Origin: a virus
Virus record (IMG/VR): IMGVR_UViG_3300009085_000022
Location: 1 to 64,000 of that record
Direction: 5' to 3' (one strand)
Length of the DNA stretch: 64,000 bases
Part shown: in pieces, positions 32,201 through 39,619 of the stretch
Layout: the number at the start of each line of letters is the position of its first letter
How positions within the stretch are numbered: position 1 is the stretch's first letter
Notes under the pieces: model-generated
Databases searched by the model: none
The model's input: only the letters and a program-made list of their open reading frames with translations
Told to the model about the DNA's origin: nothing
Translations under genes and position numbers: made by a program

Positions 32201-34199
32201 TGGGAATAGCGATATTGTAACAAGGAATAAATTTCCTGTAAAATATGGTACTCTTATTATACACGATAACAAAGGTTATCATAAACATGCAAACTATATT
32301 GCAGCTAATATATTTATAGGTGAGTCTGAAAAAGGCAGTAAAACTCCTATGGCTGTAGGCCTGTATAAACGAATATCTCCTACTGAATTTCAAATAGTAT
32401 CCAAACTTGGAGATGATTTTAGATTTAAGGAGTATTATTTAGATGCCGCCCTAGAAGATCTGGAAACTTTAAGTATAGTAGAATCAAATAAAACTTATGA
32501 ATTTGATCTTAAAAAGGCTAAACAAAAAGCTGTTGATAACGAAAGGGATTATGATCCTTATATGGAAGATATTGAAACAGAAGATGATGCTGATATTGTA
32601 GAATCAAAAGCTAATGTTTATTTCCAAAAACCTACTAAAAAATCAGTTAAAAAATCTAATAAATTAGGATCAGAAGAAAGTGATTTAAATGATACTTATA
32701 TATTAGAAGAAGTTAATAAATATGCTAAATTTTTTGCTAATAATTCTGATGTTACTATACATCAAATTTTAAGAATGATTGAAGGTAATACTGAAAATGA
32801 TTATAAATTAGCTTTAGCTAAAATATTAAGAGAAGAGCTTAAAATGGTTGTTCCTGTAACTATATATGATACAGCGTACAGGAATAGAAATACAGCTCCT
32901 AATAATAAGAAATATAATGGGTTTTATGCTTACTATGATACTGAGCCTAAGAAAAGATTTATAGGATTATATGAAAATCTAGATGAAAGCGGATTTGAAT
33001 TAACTGCTTTACATGAAGGATTACATGCTTTAACTACCAATCGTTACGAAACTAATGGTAAGTTTAGGACTAAAATAGATAATCTAAATGAATATGTTAA
33101 AAGTCATGTTAATAGTACTAATGTATTAGAAGATTTAGAGTTAGATTTAGACATTGAAGAATTAAATGAAATAGTATTTAGTGATCCTAAAGAATTTATC
33201 AGCTATGGCCTTTCTAATATTGGATTTCAAAAACTATTAAGTGCTATTCCGGCTTTAGATATAAATAATGTAAACCCTGATATATCTAAATCAATTTTTA
33301 AACAATTTCTAGAAACCATTTATGAATTATTTGAAGGATTTTTTAATAGTAATCCTGGAATTAAAGAAGATTTTACATTTTCAGCATTTCATGAATTAGT
33401 TTCAGTAGTAGATACTGTATTAAAATTACCTGTACAAAAAGATATAGATTATTTAGCAGATTTTTCATCATCTTATGAAATAGCAAAATATCAACAGAAT
33501 TATTCTATTGCCTCTAAAACTCAGGAAGACAATAGAAGTAATAATAAATTTGAATTAGCTAAGGAAGGAACTAATAATTCAAGTACTTCTAATATAGAAA
33601 TTAGTAATTCTCTTTATACTAGAGATAGTGTTATGAAAGATAGTAACACTATGTATTTATTTACAGATAATAATAAAAGAACATCTAATCCTGGCGCTAA
33701 AGAAGAAAATGTAGATAAGGATGGTTGGTATTACCAAAAATATAAATCTACTACAAATCGTCCTATACACTTTGGAACATTACAAAATCCTACAAGTGCT
33801 GTTATTAGAGGTTTAAATAATGCATATCCAATATCTACTATGAGTGATTATGGTACAAATTGGAATAGTAGTAATTTTGAATTATTTAAATCAACTATAG
33901 ATGATGAGATAACTCAGATAAAGAAAGATTTACCTAAATTTGATAAATTAAAAATAGGAAATTATCGTATAGGGCAAGGTGGAAGATTTGCTAAGTTACC
34001 AGAACAACATCAAAAATATTTAGATAGTAAATTACTAGAAATAGGAATAAATAATTCTGGAAATAATCCTAAAATTATAGACATGAATGATGAATTTTCT
34101 AAATTATATCCAGACTATAGTTATCTTAGTGAAAATGAACGTGAAGCATTTCAAGAAGCAGTAAATAAAGGAGTAATTAAATTAGCGTGTAGATTATGA
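20244..34199 (+). CDS. Virion-packaged RNA polymerase polyprotein (4651 aa)
   Basis: Start at TAATG 20244; NRIPGQ..GSDFDVDKL catalytic DxDxD at 30159-30173; KRTTG and AFVDAVKDP motifs; zincins HEAYH (25968-25982) and HEGLH (33012-33026); N-terminal hydrophobic segments. Confidence 0.9.
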   Translation: MALYEETKKIQQELNDKFGSDDPIKTLFSQIKLQNQGTTPPIDLESTKIYMPKDSRNYARFFGEAYSPIPNLEDVAAGRQSGWERMGYMVPRIGVKVASEIAQLPGYLGGALAWGATGFDRDNINFLVDNFWQKAIQSAEESIKGKLPVYTSDKVKEGNLLENIFSTSFWANEGADGVGFLLAFLAPGQALKATKFGAKAARLIKPGTQIAPTISKGKDMALAVDAATRSLANNIDFVGATVVNTLFESAAEGGETFRNVMDKTNDKDKAAIAAVDVVKKNFGILLLSNAVDQYWLFKDINLLKRAGDPAEKVVKNNVLKSLIDPKTGKPLTEAVKRSGWDKAGTYTKTWLEGIGKEGFYEEGMQYAASKHAEELAEDPTLADRNFLEEMVDLGETYIDSLSDTDMQKSIFLGGLLGGGMSTIHTLRQDAATKRLLEGSAEKKPSAFAQFFGAKEQKDTPGLRKLLQNGWDSRYVSMADLAEKTTKDGNVISVLNDDGTYKLDPKKVESLAEGKLLDYAEKEKLVHLARTGNEEGFKLIKEKVDHRYMSLFLQQDGGLQILLKHIDALAEADKENFEKEGITYDLEEVKKDLKAKAIKFQAMYDRVNNTHDLLMDDVKATKEQRAELEEYSNLVKNNKLNSELRIGFYDGRINSLRKSLSETEFNGKALPISSTEDNLSKKLITDLKEAHSKVKGQLSDASNKQIDRVLSDLEKHQEELIGSRETSSKLYSSKFLNDTFKEFTDKKAANKDSVVDGNKAKEALSLGPKMKALFDKAIIYEQITAPSLMAARHSGELEISYRDRDGKIHKAYGTIKGANRNGNLDMNIHKAEVTNKETGRTTLQNIEDKQNHFLNEDETFNYQGQSYEVVNIRITKSPEEIQKERRSEAFISALKEVLKAKQAKILGTHTEKVDKKGFNEQISDQQEYIDSLKIKLEQLTEKELNSLTKLTKQGQSRKQLVKIRVEASKNLSKKFLTANELKNEIIKAKEYLAKLQSNKKSIVEDKKKITDLIKQAKESGDFIASLNKLSNEYDEFINTNEDFLNKYTEINDDNELYLKRLHSTLEGYVTTFARVLGLQKEFQIIAGNRNLTDEQVKDAMLGVIAARLSSGYITEDQYEQLGLIPEHLETVKARIVQTTQLLEDNKKLIVSTQIKVNELNKILALYKMVNRQFNASYKEYLKDSGVLEDIVDDETKKGGTPEGNPRFIDWELDDIKKGDKDYKHVFYDENSWFISSGNQMDLVNGVKNDDLSRWYIFVNKLAYERTESGASKYVLRSYTLDQIGELKEDHALRKRVKFYAGTIKGETQLVTFDQLKNLPKENQDIAKNDIKMVVFERSGKPLIVTKQVFGDEKDTQYPIYNSFIEHKEGPQKFDRFSIERAIKLYITDKKWKEPTNDQEKDEQDRIAREAVEKKLQDSWKKYLENREKLKEKSHVFEISQVNPGVKVFDDTVAPIDVLDAAGTDDIKDIAKSFVIHIAGTRKEDNITGTRLYYRNKISRKLSWTYHDLLSGYLYFQHDNRFERVRPNTFGETGSVEDIINIIKYLSTNPKEADEIEKYLHKILYINASNKNYKIGFTKFYGANKVKTGFRSLFFDGHELTIDQILNEEGLDLLRDFIAKKYWNFDEKTLKENTFTEYKVSWSGKKPKITSKLWDNKDGGYVGFLFSKKDGNIPKGRVFVKPQSKDHIENTKNPQYLNQSVSLVSVGTEFKQAPPAKSGKNKGLSGLGKKTEKTEESGEKKKGIGSLSSGKAGASVKLGRKGVQQESKDEESDTEANTLLKLGKRSSVVISPGTGGSKFQNENEYWNSLGKAKQDEIVSKFPNKTETELKAQYFRIYQMSINDSGINRWAEEADEYVKEEFDSKLEWFRNKFPQIPISVIESQLLNGSWGRLTRFGKVLISDLAAEGTIYHEAYHTYSLLFLSEEDRKKLYSELEKRLGRSLTDKQAEEILAEEFREYMLAPNSYNFGKSESAKKSWFKQLLDYILELLQDWGILKTDKADFYIESTFKNINEVDSFVIEDQLLKERAANLREDYNRNRVITDFTEKETLFAVQDFNYAFFQIIFDPQNTETDLLFDINAKLPEVYRDLEIWYDIQSKKNEFYKKMLSHFDELKERHREFLKNYQIFISETALKNEEEIFENADISEDDKGKNSTEYMDSVSVDLNKLLDNPIRMVIAGLPSVTMHNNNTKLTLSEFSTRSTAKYSDIVNVLSDQLATVTSMSDMVYKLFDISKDYPEMQVLLKRMGIKSLEANNPTVYQMNLQNQFYKNFSRTRTKPKLLNYTHDGRKYDIDAVEHNTRSIIQESWIINARELANDKASYIYKSTTGEYLIKVKTLKNDLAYFMSLKNQELDKIANGIDILSKLGINLKNRINADQIKAYLKWLNDHIKDTKEKISLNDLYNDQVIKNQQEMRQLIDTVSKAYLNNKDLSYFNQDGNREYSITLNSHLSNVTNLLNTIGYSNITKKNIIPEEVKHLMAYDPETEEGSLFNTNSIWLEQILSGEKLELVLLKGLTSMVNGVEISKAVLGDYKAITANALLNGVVPFLRSADRKLEYGFKIGTVNYEITDAIFKQVMYKYLEDELRTSFALFIDSKNWGGNLNYYSKNAKSLRVFKFLEDNNRINSLEDYYADHKDVDYEFSTEKTNKQTVQQANKLAKQFIKSFNKNIDKSFDDYIKDLQDMTKASLMEDNLIREEGTGKGQKYFVPAFGTEILEKIGISEKSGRTISPYNMDKIIRIMTYNSFVGNNEQLKLFLGDLAHFKNSVDFHKRTTGATSTKYNQRDDVEIRQHLDEFYRRFDNRQRNNSMSMVVVDDIITSNSDLKNYFEEYNNINGVDAQSWMMLDEYRDVMLRHGIWYPRHERTYQFEMQKLALRLIKLHGDGRALPLDINRIKSEFQAETGMFYKHTGGKIPTTPMYLKSELNELSLTPLTIIKPQGFGRISNYSGLAPTQFWKTSAAPVFMSAISEDSPMFDFLLKMIGKGQGLFTFKSSMKQAEIIGDNSGKIQELYGTDDYISQDFKYRDFGIQLDIHEETEGEVSVSTQRTRLEFLDIFNLGEPVKNDKLAANRHEYTYLTNELEVQLRGELLDELGILYDQKTGTYKLHPDKKDQFKNKLISAFQNRQLPLNVIDGLELSLDNDNIEMRIFDVTLSKFKIEEVLTSIVRNKLIKRKTSGEMLIQESALLYENPNSAERLLEFYQRTFPNGKKMPAVITPMDVMIALPKSLIEFTKDIGGLDALNSALDEYYKTGSSGIVLPEDLIKSLVMPANRIPGQSISSLDIIRVRKFLPPYHGNKIVIPAEATVKTGSDFDVDKLTTYFNKFTYENKKLTYHNDLTTISGKQNRLNELAAESLLDPERFKEFLTPINTKYLKDRAKEIKQNKDNSDIIESRSGESRLSDVISWWYNMQKGHEFWVSKSGVAVVAVQNAAHAIEQNHPLELNNIIPLMFEGQELNPGEKYISGFIKDSSGRYISHNFAEFLSAFVDAVKDPFIFEITNTDTFNSIAALNRFGRTSSVGIDSIIEFYSQKVVKDFLKVKRANSAQYMTYNQYNTPGVKWTQTRRLSRDKQYQEVLRKLKVELNPSKEAILPISYNNSVAAIIEDYIDLHSKTFKETLSEVNEREDLTERQKYELTTDMVNNNPVILKIKSDIQDRIKERGYKYLSLDDLKKVKNRKGVSNDELFKLQVQILDNFMMYNSLGWNVVSANSYLRPDAASSFNSHLNSIDASVIVGENTIKERGIIDFESVLYAIAGTKDNPSLIREFFETKQNTPEYFRWSSLIQKNKVVRDFFNAEIYPTFANPNKRLKSKKIEAALETIESDFITFLSVGMLDLNTEETQNHYKSIFSGKTSVANRLLKLQKDLPNNMAIQELQPLIEQKNSRTQAISELDNISLFSKKFDSNQWDALEADIFDLAVNGNKKLENFVKSLILLSNFQSGYKKSPISIHEVIPNRLFIPMISGALNKFSELTEAEQKDKLYLFLEQMYRNNSGNSDIVTRNKFPVKYGTLIIHDNKGYHKHANYIAANIFIGESEKGSKTPMAVGLYKRISPTEFQIVSKLGDDFRFKEYYLDAALEDLETLSIVESNKTYEFDLKKAKQKAVDNERDYDPYMEDIETEDDADIVESKANVYFQKPTKKSVKKSNKLGSEESDLNDTYILEEVNKYAKFFANNSDVTIHQILRMIEGNTENDYKLALAKILREELKMVVPVTIYDTAYRNRNTAPNNKKYNGFYAYYDTEPKKRFIGLYENLDESGFELTALHEGLHALTTNRYETNGKFRTKIDNLNEYVKSHVNSTNVLEDLELDLDIEELNEIVFSDPKEFISYGLSNIGFQKLLSAIPALDINNVNPDISKSIFKQFLETIYELFEGFFNSNPGIKEDFTFSAFHELVSVVDTVLKLPVQKDIDYLADFSSSYEIAKYQQNYSIASKTQEDNRSNNKFELAKEGTNNSSTSNIEISNSLYTRDSVMKDSNTMYLFTDNNKRTSNPGAKEENVDKDGWYYQKYKSTTNRPIHFGTLQNPTSAVIRGLNNAYPISTMSDYGTNWNSSNFELFKSTIDDEITQIKKDLPKFDKLKIGNYRIGQGGRFAKLPEQHQKYLDSKLLEIGINNSGNNPKIIDMNDEFSKLYPDYSYLSENEREAFQEAVNKGVIKLACRL

Positions 34200-37100
34200 A
34201 TTGTACCCAAATTAACTTAACAAAAGAGCAAGTAACTAATGTTATCATGCATCGTGGAGTTTTTTTTGATTTAGCTCCAGACGACACAGTTAATGATATA
34301 CTTAACAGATATAAATTCTTGCAAGATAATATGTTCTTACCAGAAGGTGAGAATGCTAGATACACTATTTTTGATAATATTATAGAAGAAAGATTTTCTA
34401 CATTAGCTAAAGAAGGCTATGAAAGACGTGTAGGTAAAACTAATGTTGAGAAAAGTACTAAACATCCTAATAATATTAAAAAGAAAGATGCTGGTACTAG
34501 AATACACACTATTCTAGCGGATTTAATGATGGTTAAATTAGGTAAAAAAGATTTAAATGTTGTAAAAGCACAAGCTTCTTTAGGTAAATATGGTGTTTCT
34601 GGAAATAATTTTAAAGCATTAGTTAATTTAGTAGACGAAGTTTATAATGATATTAATAATATACAAAAAGATATAGATCCTAAAGGTAAAGTAACTATAT
34701 TAGTAGAACAAAGAATTGTTGATCCTACTCAAAATCGTGGTGGAACTATGGATATACACGCTGTTTTTTCAGACGGTACGGGATTAATATATGATTATAA
34801 AACAACTCATTCTAATTATAATAATTATCAAGGTAATGAACTAGTAGACGATTTATTAAATGAGAATAAAATAGCTGATAATGAACTAACTATGGCTGAA
34901 TATAAAAGAGTAGCTATAGAAAGAATGGGAGTTAAAAAAATCAGACAAACTAGACTGATTCCTGTTCATATTAAACTTAAATCTTTACCTGAATATCAAC
35001 AAAAAGAATTTGATAATTATACGGATACTTTAGAACTAGTTGAAGCTGGAATTGCTTATAGTGATTTTTTAAAACCAATTCCCGTAGCTGGAGAGGCCAC
35101 TAAATATGAAGGAATTAATGAAGTTATTAACAAACAGTATAACTTGCTTACTGTTCTTAATAAAAAATTAGAGAATACAAGATTATCTACTGATGAGCAA
35201 GATAGGATAAAGCATAAAATATCATATCTTAGAAAATCAATTAGATCTACAATTATAGATGGAGAAATTTATAATATTTTAGAGACTGTGTATGATTTAA
35301 TTGGAGATATTAAAGATAGAATTAATATACCTCAGGAAACTAAAGATAATAAGATAAACCCACTTTACATATCAGATGATGAGTTGATAGAATTAAATCA
35401 GGAAATAAAAATTTATACAGATATTGTACAAAATACTTCTATTTATTATAGGGACTTACAAGAAGAAAGCCCTGAGTTATTTGAAAAACTAAGGAAAGAA
35501 ATTTCTACTGTTGGTAGTAACATTAGTCAAGCTCAATTTGATGTTAAAACTGAATTGGAAAAACGTACTTTAGAAAGTGTAGAAGAGGAGGCTAAAGATG
35601 AAAATGGTAATTTAAAACCATTAACTGAATTAGATTTTATGACTAGAAATTTTACAAGAATGTCTAGCATTAATCATCCTATTTTTAGAGCTGCCTGGAA
35701 TTTAATTCAGGATGAATTATTCGAGCAAAGACAGGCTTTGAAACAGATGTCTGAAGAAGTAGATGAAAAACATAAAGCTGTAGCTGTTTGGGCAAAACAA
35801 AATAATATGAGCGTCACAGATGCTTTTAAAAAAATTATTAATTTTAAAACAGGTAATCTTATTGGACAAACATCTCAGGAATTATCAGATAAAATTGAAG
35901 CTGCCTATACAAATCCTGATGCAGAAAAAGGTGCAAAACAATTACAAGAATTATTAGAAATTAAAGATAAAGAATTCGATCAAAAATTTAAAGAAAGATA
36001 TAACAATTACAAGGAACGTATGAAGTATAAATATATGGATGATCCTGTAGGTTATAAGAAAGCTGTTGAAAATTGGTTTGTTTCTAATAATTTAAATGAG
36101 TATTATGAGGCTTGGGTAAATAAATATAACAGAAATAGATTACAAATTAAAAAATCTGTTAAAGAGGCTAATTATTCCGAAGAGTATAAAGCTATAATGA
36201 ATATTAAGCCTTTACTTGATTATTATGAAATGTATTTAAAATATAATAATCAGTTTAGAACACTATTGGGATTAAATCATTATAACAAACTACCTGCTAA
36301 TTTTATCCCTAATATAAGGAAGAATATGACAGAAAGTATTGCTATGGATGATATTAAAAGTGCTTTTAAATATGTAGGAACAGAATTTTGGGACTCATTT
36401 AATGTAAGAGAAGAAGATGTCTATATATCCAATATAGATGAATCTGGAGATATAAAAAGAACAATACCTATATTATTTATTAATCCTCTAACCAATAAAG
36501 ATAGAGAGATAGATAATACTAAAAAATCATATGATTTAAGTAAAAATTTACTTTTATTTGGTAAAATGGCTCATAATCATTCTAGTATGAGTAAAATTGA
36601 GCCAAAGATTCTTGGAATGAGAGAGTTAATGGCTTATCCATTAGCAGAACAAGGAGGAACGCAGGTATTAGATTCTTATGGAAGAAAGGTTAAGGGTAAG
36701 ATTAAAGAATATGCTACTAAGAAAGGATTTGACACGGATACATATAAATTATTTGAAGATTTAACTGATTATTATTTATATGGTATTAAATTTAAATCGG
36801 AAAATTCTTTAGGTAACTCAGCAAAATTAACTCACACATTGCTTAAACTAAAAAATTATTATGCTAAAAAAGCATTAGCATTTGCTGTTGTACCTGGTTT
36901 AGGTGCTTATATAGCTGGTAATGTAGCTGGATTTTTTGAAGGTGTTAAAGGGGTTAATTATACTAAAGCTAATATTAAACAAGCTTTTAAAAATAAAACT
37001 ACTGAGTTTAAAAAATACAAAGCTATATCATTATTTTTTGATGTGTACGCAGAAGATCCTGCAAACGCTATGGCAGATGCTAAATCTGCAAACTATTTTA

Positions 37101-38326
37101 CAAAAATAGCTACTACTAGAAATATGTTTTATCCTTTAAGAAAAACCGATGAATTAATTAATGATGAAATATTAAATAGAGTAGCATTAAATTGGGGTAT
37201 AGATACTGAAAATAAATTAGGTTTAGGTGTTAATAGTCTCGTGAGATTAAATAGGCCTGATTTAGATACTACTGGTATTAAAAATATTTATGAATTAGCT
37301 ACATTAGATCCTAAATCTGGTAAAATGATTATTAAAGGATTACAGAATGAAAAGGGAGAGTTTATAAATAAAGATGCTTATATAGCTTTTAGAAATGCAG
37401 TAAGATCTACTTCTGGTAGCATCATAGGTTCTTTATCACAGGAAGATATAAGTAGGATAGATGTAGTTTTAATTTATAATCTTATGTTCCAGTTTAAATC
37501 TTGGGCTCCTGAAATAGTAAGAGAAAGATTTGGTAATTTAAGATATGATCCAGCAACACAATCTGTTAGATGGGGTAGATATAAAGCAGCTTTTTCTGAA
37601 TATAAACTATCTAATTCAGAAAAAAATGGAGCTCAACAAATTAATAATTTTATATCTCAAATTGTTTTACCTAATATGGGTAAAATGGTTTTAGATCTTT
37701 TAACATTTGGAATAGGGTATAAGACAGGATTAGCTGGAATTAGTAATGAGTATAAAGATCCTATTACTGGTAAAATAAGACGTGTAAGATCTAATCAATT
37801 TAGAGCTAAACTAATGTACAATGAGTGGATTATGAGAGAAAACTTAGACTATAAGAAAGTTACTTTTGAAATGTTCTTAGAGACTAAGGAAGCTCAAATG
37901 AGAGCTATGATAACAGAACTTAGAACTATTATGATCTTTATGGCTACTTTATTATTTCTGGGTGCAGATGGAGATGATGGTGAACCAAGATATATGAATA
38001 ACTTCTTAACAAGATTAATTTTTAAAGGCACAGCTAAGGCTAATTCTGAATTAACTTTTTTAATGAGTCCATCTCAATTAGCACAAATGGTTAGAAATCC
38101 TTTACCAATAGCTGCAGTATTTACAGATTTTATAAAACTATTTAAAAATACATTTGACGAAGGTAGAGATGTTATTTTTGGTGAAAATTCTCCTTATGAT
38201 AAATCTCCATCATTTTTCTATACGATACAAATGGCTTATGGAGGAAATCAATTATCGAGATTTTTTGAATTATATCAACAATACGAAAAAAATCCATATC
38301 CAGTTATAGCATTGACAGGGCAATAA
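34196..38326 (+). CDS. Large cargo protein with N-terminal PD-(D/E)xK nuclease domain
   Basis: GTRIHTIL..EQRI..GTMDI..IYDYKT; helical body; MFQFKSW motif and C-terminal hydrophobic segments. Confidence 0.75.
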   Translation: MNCTQINLTKEQVTNVIMHRGVFFDLAPDDTVNDILNRYKFLQDNMFLPEGENARYTIFDNIIEERFSTLAKEGYERRVGKTNVEKSTKHPNNIKKKDAGTRIHTILADLMMVKLGKKDLNVVKAQASLGKYGVSGNNFKALVNLVDEVYNDINNIQKDIDPKGKVTILVEQRIVDPTQNRGGTMDIHAVFSDGTGLIYDYKTTHSNYNNYQGNELVDDLLNENKIADNELTMAEYKRVAIERMGVKKIRQTRLIPVHIKLKSLPEYQQKEFDNYTDTLELVEAGIAYSDFLKPIPVAGEATKYEGINEVINKQYNLLTVLNKKLENTRLSTDEQDRIKHKISYLRKSIRSTIIDGEIYNILETVYDLIGDIKDRINIPQETKDNKINPLYISDDELIELNQEIKIYTDIVQNTSIYYRDLQEESPELFEKLRKEISTVGSNISQAQFDVKTELEKRTLESVEEEAKDENGNLKPLTELDFMTRNFTRMSSINHPIFRAAWNLIQDELFEQRQALKQMSEEVDEKHKAVAVWAKQNNMSVTDAFKKIINFKTGNLIGQTSQELSDKIEAAYTNPDAEKGAKQLQELLEIKDKEFDQKFKERYNNYKERMKYKYMDDPVGYKKAVENWFVSNNLNEYYEAWVNKYNRNRLQIKKSVKEANYSEEYKAIMNIKPLLDYYEMYLKYNNQFRTLLGLNHYNKLPANFIPNIRKNMTESIAMDDIKSAFKYVGTEFWDSFNVREEDVYISNIDESGDIKRTIPILFINPLTNKDREIDNTKKSYDLSKNLLLFGKMAHNHSSMSKIEPKILGMRELMAYPLAEQGGTQVLDSYGRKVKGKIKEYATKKGFDTDTYKLFEDLTDYYLYGIKFKSENSLGNSAKLTHTLLKLKNYYAKKALAFAVVPGLGAYIAGNVAGFFEGVKGVNYTKANIKQAFKNKTTEFKKYKAISLFFDVYAEDPANAMADAKSANYFTKIATTRNMFYPLRKTDELINDEILNRVALNWGIDTENKLGLGVNSLVRLNRPDLDTTGIKNIYELATLDPKSGKMIIKGLQNEKGEFINKDAYIAFRNAVRSTSGSIIGSLSQEDISRIDVVLIYNLMFQFKSWAPEIVRERFGNLRYDPATQSVRWGRYKAAFSEYKLSNSEKNGAQQINNFISQIVLPNMGKMVLDLLTFGIGYKTGLAGISNEYKDPITGKIRRVRSNQFRAKLMYNEWIMRENLDYKKVTFEMFLETKEAQMRAMITELRTIMIFMATLLFLGADGDDGEPRYMNNFLTRLIFKGTAKANSELTFLMSPSQLAQMVRNPLPIAAVFTDFIKLFKNTFDEGRDVIFGENSPYDKSPSFFYTIQMAYGGNQLSRFFELYQQYEKNPYPVIALTGQ

Positions 38327-38358
38327 AAAAAGGGGGACAATAATCCCCCTTCAATTTT
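38325..38358. terminator. Intrinsic terminator at the convergence of the two genome arms
   Basis: AAGGGGGA-caataa-TCCCCCTT stem (38330-38351); the A-tract on the left gives a U-tail for the - strand, and there is a weaker T-rich tail on the right. Confidence 0.8.
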
Positions 38359-38380
38359 CCTAGTCAAATCTACATTCACG

Positions 38381-38557
38381 TCACTGAACGTATTTCTTAA
38401 GTTTCTTAATAGTAATATTACTATAATCGCCTAAACTTTTTAAGCGATTTTCTTCTTTCATAGCTTCTGTAAAGGTTGAAACTTCTTTTTCATAGTCCTC
38501 AATTGAAGTATCAGACCCTTTCATGAAAATTCTTACTGCTTTTATTACATAATTCAT
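38381..38557 (-). CDS. Hypothetical 58-aa protein (below ORF-track cutoff)
   Basis: MNYVIKAVRIFMKGSDTSIEDYEKEVSTFTEAMKEENRLKSLGDYSNITIKKLKKYVQ*; ends just before the terminator. Confidence 0.6.
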   Translation of the reverse strand: MNYVIKAVRIFMKGSDTSIEDYEKEVSTFTEAMKEENRLKSLGDYSNITIKKLKKYVQ

Positions 38558-38575
38558 ATAAATTGGATTTAAGCC

Positions 38576-38662
38576 CTATTTTAAACGATTTAAAGCACTT
38601 TGCTCTTTTTTGATCCCGACTACTTACCATACTGTCAAAGTGGTCTAAATCATTAAATATAG
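38576..38662. repeat. Long imperfect inverted repeat with phased TTAA tracts
   Basis: CTATTTTAA/TTAAATATAG, GATTTA/TAAATC and CACTTTG/CAAAGTG arms around a 33-nt centre. Confidence 0.65.
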
Positions 38663-38665
38663 AGG

Positions 38666-39307
38666 TCATTTTTTACTTGTAATAATTTTTTTGAGATTAT
38701 TGTATGAAACCGGATAAAAATTGTTACCATCTATCCCTACATCATATTGAGTAGGTCTTAAAAACTTCATACAGGAATATTCTTCTTTAACATAGTCTGC
38801 AACTTCCTTGTTAGCTTCTAATAAATTATTTCCTTCATCGTCTGGCACAGCTATGGTATTACTATGCCAATGCCCAAAAGCTTGCCAAGCTCCTCTATGA
38901 CTTTGATACCAGGATAACATAGGATAATGACAAATAGTTATTCTTTGGTTGCCTTCTTTTGCATCAGGATCTTTAACAAGAATGTTTAATAATTCATAAA
39001 CCATTTGAAATTTAGTCTTAGGATATGTTCCGTCTTTATCATGATTACCTCTTACAAGAATTTTAATTCCTTGTAATTGATCTAAAAAGTATAACCACAT
39101 CTTAGTACTTCCCCAACAAAAATCTCCTGCTATAATTATATAGTCATCTTTTTGTACTACAGAATTCCAATTATCAATTATTGTTCTGTCCATATGTCCC
39201 ACATTTTTAAAAGGACGATTACAGAATTTAATAATATTTTCATGGTGTAAATGTAGGTCTGATGTAAACCAGAGTTTATCTGGATTTTCAAATTTTAATG
39301 TTTTCAT
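38666..39307 (-). CDS. Calcineurin-like metallophosphoesterase
   Basis: SDLHLHH, GDF, GNHD, HYP, GHWH, DVGID. Confidence 0.9.
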   Translation of the reverse strand: MKTLKFENPDKLWFTSDLHLHHENIIKFCNRPFKNVGHMDRTIIDNWNSVVQKDDYIIIAGDFCWGSTKMWLYFLDQLQGIKILVRGNHDKDGTYPKTKFQMVYELLNILVKDPDAKEGNQRITICHYPMLSWYQSHRGAWQAFGHWHSNTIAVPDDEGNNLLEANKEVADYVKEEYSCMKFLRPTQYDVGIDGNNFYPVSYNNLKKIITSKK

Positions 39308-39528
39308 ACTTTCATTCTTAAGTTAACTTCACTTTCCCAAAATTCATCATCAGACTCCATACCAGGAGTCGGGTCTACATAGTAAGATACTAAATATTTA
39401 TCCTCCTGATAACAAGACTCTTGTTCAACTCTAACTGCTTTAATAACTCCGCTCTCTTCATTTCTATTACTTATTACAGAATCACCATAAGTAAATTTGT
39501 GTTTAAATGTGTTTAAAAAGTTTTTCAT
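39304..39528 (-). CDS. Hypothetical protein (SH3/KOW-like)
   Basis: KFTYGDSV..GVI..YLV..W..E.NL pattern; ATGA overlap. Confidence 0.6.
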   Translation of the reverse strand: MKNFLNTFKHKFTYGDSVISNRNEESGVIKAVRVEQESCYQEDKYLVSYYVDPTPGMESDDEFWESEVNLRMKV

Positions 39529-39544
39529 ACTTAATATTTATTAG

Positions 39545-39616
39545 CTGTCCCTCAAGGATTCGAACCTCAACTCTCAGGTTCAAAACCTGATATGCTGACC
39601 ATTACATAAAGGGACA
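39545..39616 (-). tRNA. tRNA-Gln(UUG)
   Basis: Cloverleaf; anticodon arm TCAGG-TTTTGAA-CCTGA; GGTTCGAATCC; no encoded CCA. Confidence 0.9.
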
Positions 39617-39619
39617 ATA

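Noticed and set aside
20807-34365. Short antisense and alternate-frame ORFs inside the RNAP gene (also 898-1101, 2812-3057, 3611-4093, 4607-4871, 45381-45608, 55387-55674, 56370-56615, 59483-59686, 62068-63590)
   Set aside because: Shadow ORFs of long, motif-bearing genes with no independent signals.
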